From Atractiella rhizophila (Eukaryota), in contig MU271211.1 of NCBI GenBank assembly GCA_021432655.1, forward strand, positions 50,141-70,140: a stretch of DNA of 20,000 bases. Direction: 5' to 3'. Below the pieces are notes generated by a model, which was not told the DNA's origin, made no database searches, and worked only from the letters and a program-made list of their open reading frames with translations. The first letter of the stretch is position 1. The number at the start of each line of letters is the position of its first letter. This document shows, piece after piece, positions 1 through 12,600 of the stretch. The position numbers and the translations under genes are program-made.

Positions 1-1026
<1,026 letters not shown>

Positions 1027-1195
1027 TGATTGATCTCAGGAAACTTCAAGGGTAATGGGGCAATGGAGGAAGCTTGACAACTTGTCGTGGCAATAGTGAG
1101 AAGTCAAGGTATCCGTCCACCGCTGCGCATCGATGATGAGGATGCGTACTTACGTAATGCAGTATTTTTGCCATTAGTCATTATCTTCTGCCATT

Positions 1196-1983
1196 ACACA
1201 CAAAGGTTGTAGTAATTCTAATACGAGTTCTCACAAGGGAAAGCTTATAGGAAAAGCTTTTCTCCCGATCCATTCTTTTTGTTGCTTATGCTTCGTCGTA
1301 TCATAGATCCTTCTGCTTTCCACGACGATTGTCAGAGATCAAAAAGGGCGAAAGAAGACCTTTCCATCGACCAAGTAGAATCGCGGTTGTGGACCGTGTT
1401 ACAAGAAGGCATGAGTGAACTTGAACAGGTCTCGATTCTTTAAGTCATATGCATACTCCTACTTCTTTCAAATCAATCAATGAGACACCATAAACCGATA
1501 ACGCAGAACAATGAATGAGACACTGTCGACAAGCTAGGATGGTTTCTTGTTGTCTCAAAGGCAGGCTTGTGAATCAAATACTTGACTATCGGCGTCATGG
1601 TCATGTTATGGCTCTTGTAATGTCACAAGGCAGCCTTCTTTTCTGTCGTCTCTACCGCCGTTTACAATGTCTTTATTGTCCTTTGCGGATGTCTTTATCC
1701 TCAATTGTCATTATCTTTCTTTTCCGCTACCTTTATCGCGGACATGGACGGTAAATAAATACGCACCTCCTCTACACCACAAAGATCACCTTCCACAGTT
1801 TAAGACTTGACGATGGATCCAATTGTGGGGCAATCCGGTTCCTCACCCCTTTGGCCAAAGGAGCTTTCTGAGGGGAATGACAACCTTCCTCAACTGGAGT
1901 TGAATATCGAAGCAATGGTAAAAATTCTAGTACGTTTCCTTCGTGCTCCTGCGTGTCTAAAGTTTATTGCGCAAAAGGAAGCA
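1196..1983 (+). repeat. Direct repeat copy 2
   Basis: Matches 1-793 (offset 1195 at the start, 1190 at the end) and continues seamlessly into the rest of the ORF ending at 2325. Confidence 0.97.
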
Positions 1984-2325
1984 AAGAAAACAGAGGATGC
2001 GCAGAAAAAGACGGATAAGATATCCCTTCGTAAGAGGCAGGATCTTGAGCTGCAGCAGAACAAGCTACAGGATCACCAGGAATTTGCATCCCAGGCAAAC
2101 ATCCGTGAACGTATGCAACATGATATCGAGCATCAAAAGCGGAGGGCAAAAGTATTATCGAATAAGGAGGCAAAGGCAACAATTGCGACGAGAGACGCAG
2201 CACTTCAAGACAAGAAGCGCGAAATAGAAGAAAGAGCCGGGATAAAGAGACAATTCCGGCCAAAGCAATTGACCGGAGCAAAAACATTCATTTCAACTAA
2301 GGAGACGGGACCGGGGTTATGTTGA
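1813..2325 (+). CDS. Hypothetical basic coiled-coil protein (orphan)
   Basis: Open frame from ATG 1813 to TGA 2325 with a K/R/E/Q-rich helical C-terminal part. Probable in-frame 48-nt intron 1930-1977 (GTACGT...CTAAA...AAAG). No family recognised. Confidence 0.5.
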   Translation: MDPIVGQSGSSPLWPKELSEGNDNLPQLELNIEAMVKILVRFLRAPACLKFIAQKEAKKTEDAQKKTDKISLRKRQDLELQQNKLQDHQEFASQANIRERMQHDIEHQKRRAKVLSNKEAKATIATRDAALQDKKREIEERAGIKRQFRPKQLTGAKTFISTKETGPGLC

Positions 2326-3123
2326 CGAAGCAACGAGACGTCCTTTTCTTTCCATTCTAGAGATGGGTGCTGGAACACTTTATCTCGTCAGTTATTCTTC
2401 TCCCAGAAAATATCAGTGTCCTATTGATCGCATTCTTCTCAATGTTCCTGTGTTGCTCGTTTCCGAACATGTTACTTTTCAAGGAATGATTTATTTACAG
2501 AATTATGCAATTTAGCACGCTGTCGTCTTGAGTCTTCATGCAAGGCTACATCCCTTTCTCAACCTCATAATCGGTGCGACAACCATCCCGCAAGGAGTTC
2601 TTTCCGAAACCAAAATCTGTAGTCTCGGCATGAAACTTCGCTTTCGTATCATTGAAAACAAAGTGATTAAAGAGTCTTTTCATTTTTTCTTGGCAACAAA
2701 AAGTGTAAAGGAGCCTAGCACAGTGGAGACAGTGTGCAAGCTGGTGTCAATTGCCGTATTTGATCAAATTTGATCCATTCTTGTACTTATACTTATCCCC
2801 TTTCAAAAGAGGACACGCGCACCGTTCAGGGAAGGGAACCTTTAGGTTCCTTACGAATAGAAAGAAAGGTACTGTAGTTCATGAGGCCGGCAATGTAGCC
2901 TGTGTGTAAGTGTGAAAGACATTGGACGCGGAATTGAAGTATCGTTGTTCGTTATTCGTTGTTGGAGTTGGTTGCAGAAGAAAAACAAAGAGGGAAAAGA
3001 TGGTGCAACTGCGGAGTGGGGGGAGAAACGGGACCGACACTGAGCTGGAGCTGTGCACCGCAGCCGAAACATTGTGACCATCAACGACGACACGACGAAT
3101 TTCTCTTTCGCAGGATTGTTAAG

Positions 3124-4510
3124 ATGACGAGTAAGTTTCCCCCTTGGGACGTGTGCAAGTGACCAAATAATGTTACAGGCGACAATCCCTTTGCGGACCA
3201 TCACCAGCCCTCGGCTTCTGACAACCCCTTCGCTGACCCAACGATTCAGGGAGCTCTCGGCTCCACCAAATCGACATATAATGACGTTGGAGGGGGATAT
3301 TCTTCCGATACGCTTGATCAGAAGAGCCAGGCTGGAACTGGCTATACGACTGTGGAGTTAGGAGTTGCTGGGAGGACGGATGATACGGCTGCTCGCTTGG
3401 CAGAGATTCGGAGAAGGGAGGAAGAGCTTGAGAGGAGGGAGAGGAACTTGGGAGATAGGGAGGACCATATGAAGAAACACGGAAGAAACAACTGGCCATT
3501 TTGTGAGTTTTACCTATTTGTCAGAGCTGGTCCGCCGCATGGGAGGCTGTGGTGCTGAGCAAAAGGCACATCAATCTTAAAGTACACGGGCTTCGATACG
3601 CCATAACAATAATGCTGGCTTCTTCAGCATGAGTTCCCCTACCCCCAATTATCCCTCCACATTTTGCCGAACGAGCAGAAGAAGCCTCCGACATTGTTGG
3701 CCGTGAATCATGATGTGGTGGTTCTGCAACAGTACTGACTCGCTTCTTCTATTTCCCCTTCATAGTCTACCCACTCATCTACCACGACATCGATGCAGAG
3801 ATCCCTTCTGACTCCCGATCCACCGTCTTAACCCTCTACCGAGTGTGGCAGTTCCTGCTCATCGTCCTAATCGCCAACCTAGTGGGAGCCATACTCCTCC
3901 TTACCTCGGGTCAACGGGATGGAGGAGCTGATCTTGGCTCTGCGGTATCCTACTGTATTTTCATCCCTCCATCCAGTTTCTTACTGTGGTATCGTCCGTT
4001 TTATAACGGATACATGAAAGAGATGGCTCTCTACTACTGTTAGCTTTCTTCCTTCCTCCAGCTGCGTTTGACGGACTTATTGCGTGTCAGACTTCTTCTT
4101 TGTCTTTGGCGGATTCCACGTCCTTTATTGCGCATACATGGTCGTCGGAATCCCCTCCACCGGTTCGGCAGGATTGATCAACACCCTTCGTGCCTTCGGT
4201 GACGGTTCAATCGTCACTGGAGTTTTCGGGGTCATCGCTACGGCTGGATGGGCAGCAGAAGGACTGGGCATCCTATGGATTTACAGAGCCGCGTACGCCA
4301 GGCACAATGAGGTTCGTCTCCTTTCCTCAACGCTGCTTGAAGCACATTCTGAGACACTTGGCATCGTGTGCAGAAAGGACATACTTTCGCCCAGGCAAAG
4401 AGCGACCTTCAAAGCCAGGGTCTTAGGGCTTACTTTTCCAGGTGCGTGCCTTATTGCTCTCTCAATGACATTTATTGTAAATACTGAGAAATGACGGTAG
4501 GAATCAATAA
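3124..4510 (+). CDS. SCAMP: SCAMP family secretory carrier membrane protein (~300 aa, 6 exons)
   Basis: Exons 3124-3130, 3179-3502, 3766-4038, 4091-4311, 4374-4441, 4501-4510 join in frame. Two DNPFAD (NPF) repeats, a coiled coil, NNWPFFYPLIYHDI, four hydrophobic segments and the E-peptide SFLLWYRPFYNG. Confidence 0.93.
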
Positions 4511-5236
4511 TGAACTACCTACTTTGTTATGACCTAAAATACATCCTGCTCTACGATCCAGCGAAAAGGACGCTATGAAAAGTAAATGCAGACTTTCCGT
4601 CAAGACTTGTGTTTCCTAGTTGTGTTAGTTTGGTTGGACGTTGAGCATGATATAATTGCTCTGTCGTTTTTATTCCATGCTTATTCGAATCCCTTCTTGT
4701 GAAATTTTAGATGAATGCTTCATCATATCTACAGGCAAACTTGCCTTAGCCACGACAGTAAGAATCAGCTGGATGGTTGAGTGACTTGAGTCTCATTATA
4801 ATCTTCACGCTACATGACTTTAAGTAAGAAGCAGGAAGACAAATCGCTAGTTGAATAAGAGCACCATGGCTGATCCTACAGATTTCGCAGCAGAGAACCG
4901 GATGAGAAATTGAAGGAGTGGTGATGCAATGGATGAGATGAAGAACAATGAGAGCATGATGGATCCTTGACGTGTGAACCGCATGAACCCAACGGTGTCG
5001 TGAAAATTGATGGTGTCGAAGCTTGGTATCGCGATAAAAGTTCGAAGGGTATCTAGGTACATTCCCATGGAAATCGAAAACGTTGGTGAACTTGGATACA
5101 CGAAACGGGAAGCGAAGTGGGCTGAGGGGAGTTCATGATGACGAGATGACGAAAGCAGCGATGGAAAGCAGCTGAAACACTAGTTGTTCGTCCTGAAAAT
5201 TGCTCGTGCGTGAAATGGCTCGGGGTGGATAGGAAG

Positions 5237-6131
5237 CTACAAAGTTAACTTGGACCAATCTCGTTCGGGCGCATTTCTATGGATCGGCAGGGCGTCCAAG
5301 GTCGGCGTGAGGAACGGCTTCTTGTTCTCTCTCACGATTCCGTGACGCTCTTCCTCGCGCTCCAGCTCCTCTTCCATCTCTATCGACCTCGCTTTGCTCA
5401 GCCTCGAGTTCACCTCCGCTGGTCGGAAGTGTTTGTTGGAAAAGTTCAAGCTGAGATCGAGAGGATTGTCGATGGAATCTTCAATGTCGTCAGTCACGGA
5501 ATAACCGTCTACAAGCAATTCAATCAGCCAATCCATCTATGAAGTAAAGTAGATAAGCGAGATAGGTAAACAACAGACGTCACGCGCCCGCTCGTTGTGG
5601 AAAGTTGGAAAGGTGGAGAGTGGAGAGCTAGAGAGACGAACCATCCATGCTGAACGACTCGAAACTCAATCCGCTCGTCCCACTGTTGCTGCTCTCTCTC
5701 CGTCCCTGACTGGAGCTCGACACTCCCCAACTCGAGCTCGAATCGCTCCACATCATCATCGGTGACAGTTCCTTGTGAATAGGTGCCGATTTGGACGACG
5801 GAGACGCATCGTTGGAGCTGAATTCGAACGGTGAACGGTCTCCCGGGAGCAGGAGACTGTGCGGCGAGGGACGGGACGCGAGCGCAAGAGCTTGCATCGC
5901 TCTTTCATGTGATATCGATGAGGATGGATCGTCTCGAGACTGCGAGCTCGCCATCGGTGTCCTTTCTCGATCTCCCTCAAACGAAGGGTTCGGAAAGATG
6001 TCTTGCGCTCGATGAGGTCGTCGCAATGAAGGCTTCGTCTTCGTCGGCGCAGAGTGAGATCGCTGAGTCTTGAGGCTTGAATTTTGGAGGCTGGAGCGCC
6101 CAAAGAGGATGGATGAAGGGGAAACAGACAT
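5237..6131 (-). CDS. Hypothetical Ser-rich, probably disordered protein (~253 aa, 2 exons)
   Basis: ATG 6131; exon 6131-5642; intron 5641-5509 (GTTCGT...GCTGAT...TTGTAG); exon 5508-5237. The intron joins two ORF-track ORFs in frame (…FSMD-DGYSVTDD…). TATAAA lies on the minus strand near 6200. Confidence 0.6.
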
Positions 6132-6634
6132 TGTTGCGAACTCGACGTATTGCAAGGAGACAGTTGCTGGGGTATAGCAGAATGTATAGGCGTCTTTATA
6201 AGGCGATTACGAGCAGTCGTGTGTCTGAGCTAAAGGGCGTTGCACGCAACGCAAGGGAGGGAGCTTTTATGCACGCCCGGATAAATGGCGAGCCATTCAT
6301 ACCCCAGGTTCGGAGCAAGACGAATGGTCAACAGCTCAAGATTAGCTCAAGATCCGGCGCAGATTGACCATTCCGCATCGGTGCATGACCCTCCGAGAAA
6401 AGCCGGTCAAGCTGCAACAAGCTCATGGAATTTTTCTCAATGTTCAAGTGATCATGGAAGCAGGGAAAAACGATGCTACATACTTTAGATTGCATGGTTT
6501 GTGCATAGGGTAAGAACGAAGAAAGAGGATAGAAGAAGTAAAAGCCGTCGTCAACATGAAGAAACTCCTCCAAATCTCCAAACTCTCCAAAGACGGCTTG
6601 CCAGCAACAATCTCGCTTCCAACTCCATCACCCT

Positions 6635-7171
6635 TTAGCCGCTCTTTCCCTGAAATTATAAACAGATCACAAGTGCACAATGAACAGGTGAGGCAGTCCG
6701 ATGGATCCAAGGTCAGAGGACCGAGATTCGTTGATCGGCGTTAATGATAGTTGATCACGACAAGGTGGCAAAGGGAGAATCAAGAAAGCGAGCGGGGTCA
6801 CGGTCAGCACAAATCCTCTCCGTTGAAGTAGACACAGAAACATGGGACTCCAAAGACGTACCTCCGGTTGAGCGTTCATCCTCCTCTTTCCTCCGACTTG
6901 TGTAGTAACATTCACTGCAAAAGCACACCATCAACCACTACCCTTACTTCAATAACAAATACTAGATCACATACCAAATCGCCTGTTGTAAAGGATTCTC
7001 TTCTTTGCCCGCCCAGTGGCCTTCTTCTTCTTCTCCTGCTTCTCAACCTTTGGTGTCTGCGACTTGACCTTACCTTCATCCCAAATCATCAGCATTTCCG
7101 CCTCCCTATACCTCAAACAACAGTGCAAATAGCATACCGGCACGAGCCAAACTTCCGTGTACCTTTCCCAT
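6635..7171 (-). CDS. RPS30: 40S ribosomal protein S30 (eS30), 66 aa, 4 exons
   Basis: Exons 7171-7138, 7073-6975, 6914-6862, 6649-6635 give [66 protein letters not shown]. All introns are GT-AG. Confidence 0.97.
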
Positions 7172-7441
7172 GTTTGCTATGGACGAAAAACGAGAAACGG
7201 TGAAAGATCGACTCAGTGGCTGCGGAAAGAAAACAAATAGCCATGACTAACATTCCGTAGTCATGACTCAGTATGGGCGAATCACTTGGAACAGGAAAAC
7301 AGGGAAACATCAAGACAGCTGGCAGATCGAGGACGCCTTCATACTGAGTGGATTTTAAAGGATACCTTCACTAGCAGCCCGTAAGGGGAAGGGACTCCTT
7401 CTGGTGCGCGACATACTTCTTCTAGTCAACCCCATTGTAAC
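7172..7441. promoter_or_regulatory. Short (270 bp) divergent intergenic/promoter region between RPS30 and the TFIIB-family gene
   Basis: Head-to-head start codons at 7171(-) and 7442(+). Contains bZIP-like TGACTAA (7244-7250) and TGACTCA (7264-7270). Confidence 0.55.
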
Positions 7442-9422
7442 ATGTCGACCTTTAGCGACCCTAATTGCTCTCACTGCAAAGCAAAAGGAACCGTCCAGTG
7501 AGCCTTCTTCTATTCTTGGTTTAGGAATCGTGGTTGATTGGTATACTGGGATAGATATGTTGTAGAAGCATCTGCGTCTCTCTGCATCGAATGCGGCAGT
7601 ATCTCAGACCATGCCGCCTCCGCGAGCCATGAGCACGGAGCAGGGAGTGATGAATGGCAAGCATATGTCGGACAGACTTGGATCAACGATGCCGACTACG
7701 TCGCTGCTGGCGACGCTAGCACTTTTATCTCTTCAGGTTCAGCGAGCCGAAGTCGTGCCATCACAGATGCGTCCGAGCAACGGGAGAGGTACAGACGAAC
7801 GAAGACTGTGAGTTTTTCTACTGCATCCTGTTATCTGGGAAAGGGTCCATATGTGGGAAACAGTTAGATGCGAAGAAGTTCGTAACAGGTCTTCTAGGCA
7901 GCTTGGAGCTCACATACCTAGAGGAGAGGGCAATGTGGATGCTAGCACAAGCGAGGAAGCGTCTGGGGTTCGGATGGGGAAAGAAAGGAGAGATCTATGC
8001 GGTGGCGTGTGTTTGTGCGGCGCTGCGAGAGGATAAGAAGACGCATTCTATCGTTGAGCTTTCGGTACGCTATTCCGTGTTCTACTCTAAACGAGAAACA
8101 TCTTATAAGTGTTGGAACAGGATCGAGCTGATGTGGATCCGGTCAAAGTCTGCCGTGCCTATGTCTCCCTCAAGAGCACTCTTAACCTTAAAATTGACGA
8201 TTGCGATCCTCTCTACTATGTCGAACGCGAGCTTCGATACATCGACTCTCTCCTTGTTTCCCTCCCTCCTCCACCACCTACACAAAAGAAGAAAGTTCGT
8301 TTGAATATCTCAAAACCGAGACAAGCTTCCTCCGACACCTCAAGCACGAGTACGACGAGCACAAACAAGAAGAGGAAACGTGCTGAAGTAGAGGAAGCAA
8401 GTGCAGACGTGGACTCGGATACGTCTTCCGCCATGGGTGCGGCAGCCACAACGAACCTCTCCCCGGAATTACATCAATATCTCCTCTCCATCGACAATCG
8501 CGATGTTCTCCGCCTCTCTCGCCAGCTCTTTCTTCTCACTTCATCCATTTCCCTCGTTCTCAACCGCCAGCCTCAGCAGGTCGCCATCGCTCTCCTGACC
8601 GCAGCTCTAGAAGGCGTGTCTTCCCTCCCGTGTCCCAATATGACAGAGCTCAATATTCTCCTCGCTTCCCGCCTCAAGGTCTCGACTTACATCGTGGGGG
8701 AGAGGTATAGGGAACTCTGCAGGGTGATCAAGGATTATTCAGTGCATTGGGATGGATATGCGGACTTCCTGGCTGGAATGGAAGAAAAGGATCGGAAAGG
8801 ACGAACCAAGTTCTTGAAAGGTGGAAGAGGTCTAGTGAAGAGGGAAATGGTCAAGTTGATAAAGCCAGTGGGCGAGCATTGGCGCGAATTGCAAAGGAAA
8901 GTGAACGAACAAGAAGGCACCCACGTTGAGGACGCGAGTCCCTTCTTCGAGACGGAGCGATTCAAGGAAAAACAAGAAGCAGAGGAGGCGGCAGAGGAGG
9001 AAGAATACGACAATCGATCTTACACAGAGGAGGATGCGGACTGCGAAGGGTTCGCAGAAGGAGACGTAGGCCCTTCAGTAGATTTCTCCATCGCCACATC
9101 GCCTTCGCTTCTATCCCAGGCGTCTCCTTCTCCATCCGACACATCACCTTCCACTTCCGAACCTCCCGCCAAGCGAGCGAAAGGATACTCTCGCCCCTTT
9201 CATGCCCTCTTGATAAGTGGTCGACCTGCGAAATACGTGCGGGTCCGACCCAGTCGTGAAGGAACAGCGACGCCAATGCTGAGCGTGAAAGAGAGGTATG
9301 GGAAGGAGGTAGAAGAGTTGACGGATGAGGAAATGTTTGGAGACGGAGAGTTAGCAGGTTACTTGAATGATGAGCAGGAGGTAGAGAGGAAGAAGTCAAT
9401 TTGGGAATCCATGAATGAATGA
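7442..9422 (+). CDS. TFIIB-related factor (BRF family, BRF2-like architecture), ~603 aa, 4 exons
   Basis: Exons 7442-7497, 7555-7807, 7864-8064, 8121-9422 join in frame. N-terminal Zn ribbon CSHC...CIECG; two cyclin-fold-like repeats (YAVACVCAALRE...SIVELS; NRQPQQVAIALLTAALE); terminal DGELAGYLNDEQEVERKKSIW resembling the BRF TBP-binding block. Confidence 0.8.
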
Positions 9423-9676
9423 CGGTTTTCCTTGAGCCGTAAGCAGATGTGGAGGATAGACGATAGACTTGGGAATCTATTGGCAACTACAGATGTTGAA
9501 TAATTCACACATTGAGCGTTTTAGCATTTATAGCAGACAGCACGTCATCCATTAACCGAAAAGCACTGATAATCGAAGCAAGCAAGAGTTTTGAACGACG
9601 GACATGCTGATATATATGCGACTAATTGAAATTTAAGGAGCAAGCACAAATAAAAACGAAAGAGCCACGAGTTGGG

Positions 9677-12600
9677 TTATAGCTCTTCATCCATCTCTAC
9701 CTGCTCAGAAGGCTTGACCATTCCTAGATCCACGACATTAGAGATGCCTACTAAGAGGAACGCACTGACCTGGGATGGCCAAATTCTTTTGCCGTGCTTC
9801 CTCTTCTTGCTTCTTCTTCTCCTCCTCTTTTTCGTCTTGGAACAAATCGGTGTGGTCACCGTCTTCTTTACCTTGAAACTCTCGGATTTGGATGAGGAAG
9901 TCCCGTGTTGCTAGTTTGAAGGCGATCTACAAGCGAAATTGTCACGGTATTCTGTGTCAATTAAGAGATGCGTACGTGATCATTGTGCAACTCAAACAAT
10001 CGTGAGACATAGGTTTGGATTTGGGACCTAACGGCACATCACAAACTGAAGAAGATAGGAGGTATTCTACTCACGATTGCATATTGGGGAACGCTTTGGT
10101 GAGGAGATCGACTGTAAACTGGCCCACATAGGTGACATTGTCCATTGATGGAGGCTGCGTTGCGGGATCAAAGAGAGGAGCTTGGATGGCACCTTCTTGT
10201 ACAAGACCGAATATGCGAGCTAACAGATTTGTCTGGTATTTGAACCCTACCAAGGACTAAGCAATGCTGACCAGGACGCGAAGGAAGAACTAACCGCTAC
10301 GATGGTCGACGTCCGTCATAACTACGAAAACATCCTCTATCATGGCAAGAAGGTACTGCTGGAAGAAACCGCTAGCAACAGCGGGATCCGTCTGAGCAAC
10401 ATTATTGAGAAGTTCATAGGCGATACTGAATAATAATGAGCGAGCAATACAGCAAATGGATAAGTACTCACTTCATTCCCACATTGCCGATATCCCCACG
10501 ATAGTGTTTCATTGCCCACACTATAGAAAGGATGAACAGCTTGAAGCGTTCGGGCGGGAGAGCCAACAGAGCTGAAAGTTATTGTTATCCCACAGTCATA
10601 GCTGCTAAGGGAATGAACGAACCAGGGAAACAGGAGGTATCGATAGCCCTTAAGAGGTGGAAGAACTGGACACGATGCTCAGGGAAGTTTGCAAACTCCT
10701 TGTTGATCATGTCTAGTGTGCAATCAAAGACAGCGTCTAAGACTGGGGCGATTTTATCGTTCATCAGAGGCTGTAAGGTGAAATAATCAATCTTGAGTAC
10801 CAGTGGCAACGAATACGCTTACCCCCATCTTTGCAACACAGGTTGCCGTTACGAGCAGCACATCGGCTTCTCGTGCGTCGGGAATGTTGGTGTTGTAGTC
10901 GCCAAGGATGGCATCGAAGAGTGGAGGGATTAAAGATACGTTGTTCTCCGTTAGGTCTTCGGAACGTTTGACCTTTGTCTTCATCAGGACCCATACATTG
11001 ATAAACTGGAGAAGACAACATACATATTTTTCGAAAAGCTTTAGTGTCTCTTTTTTGATGCTCCTCAGCCCTCTGACTTTCGGAGTCTTCGTGGCGATCA
11101 TTCCGTCCTTCGCGATGCTCTCGTTAATAATCCCACTGACAGTTTTGTACATCGCTAGGATGTCTTCTTGTATAAACTTCAGTTGTGGGGCGTAAGCACC
11201 TCCCGCCGAATTGACGATCGCGACATTAGTCCGTATAACATTTACGATAAGCTTGACGTTCTCGGATTCGTTGAAAACCTCTATAGAATTCTTTGCTTGT
11301 TGCACCATGCTGGTCCACTGCTCCCCACGTCAACACTGACTTTCTAAATGAGCATTTTCTCTCTCACAAATGAATTGGGCAGTTGCATGAGACCAAGTAA
11401 AAATTGCTCCTTATGATCTGGATTCAGCGTGCAATAGATCATATGACCACATGCCTCGTAAAAGGTATGCCTGATGAAAATTTTAGCCATGAGGCTAGCG
11501 TGGTGAAAGAAGCGGCGTACACTTGTAGTGGCGAAAGATCACTGGTGATATCAGGAAGATTTTGGATAATTTCCTCGATGAAAGGATGTGTTTCGTTGGG
11601 TTGGACCGTGACGAAATACCGTTTACACTTTTGTGCGATCTTGAGGAACGTATCACAAGCCATATCCTGGACACCTGCCAGCATACTCAGCATATCCATC
11701 TAGTACCAGCTGGAACGGGGCAATACCTTCATGCCGTTCGTGCATAAACTCAAAGTTCTTGTTGACAACGGTCTTGAGGAACTTCCAGTGGGCCTTAAGG
11801 AAACGAGGGTATTGGCCCACAATGTACATGATGTTCGAAGCGACGACTGCTTTGTTATCCTTCCCCCGCTTCATCTCGCAGAGGTTGAGAAGGTCCTTTA
11901 TGACCTGAACCAAGAATCGCTTTTCGCTATCTTCATCTGCAAAGATGATATGAGTGTAGAGCTAGATCGGGAGGGGAACAACGTACTCATCGCGCCAGAT
12001 ATTGAGCCGATTGCCCAGCAGAGGCGGTTGAGAGGAGTCCAGCTAGGTACAATTCAGAATCTACGATCATGTTAGGATGAAAGCTTACCCCCATTCTGAG
12101 CCATCAACCTAGCCAAGACATGTAAGCTGAAAGTCAGATAATGGAAAGAAGGCATTACTTGACGCGTTAATTTATGGGTCATAATAGTCTCCGTGTCCCT
12201 TCCGTCTATATTTGTGAGATAGACCAAGATTTCCTTCATCGTCTTGTAAATAACGATAATATCAACTTCCTTCATATGCTCCCGAACGATCTCTCCCTCA
12301 TCATTCTCCACAACGAGAACCTATCACGCAGAGTTCACTCAGTGGCCCTAGACAAGGTTAAAAGGCGAACCTCTTCTGGCTTCACCATAGTCTGAATCAT
12401 GGTCCGCCTAAGAGTTGACAAGATATCCTTGAACTTCCTCTCTCTTGGGCCTAGCAGATCTCCAAATGCCGTCCCTTCTAGGCTGCCGTCCTGAACCATC
12501 TCATTGACGATCGTTCCCAGAGCACTCGCTGGTTGAGATATATGTTCCTCATAGATCTCCTTCGTAAGCTTCGCCCAAAATTCTAGAGCCATCTTGAACG

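Noticed and set aside
2835..2850. GGAACC-TTTA-GGTTCC inverted repeat
   Set aside because: A 6-bp stem is expected by chance and has no supporting context.
3503..3765. TPP riboswitch in the SCAMP intron (GGTGCTGAG resemblance)
   Set aside because: It lacks the downstream GAACCTGAT...GATAAT...GCG core, and the host gene is unrelated to thiamine.
4847..5101. 84-aa minus-strand ORF
   Set aside because: Non-ATG start, no motif, and it lies in the probable 3' UTR of the 5237-6131 gene.
6713..6760. C/D box snoRNA in RPS30 intron 3 (GTGATCA...CTGA)
   Set aside because: The C box is imperfect, the span is only ~46 nt, and I recognised no rRNA guide.
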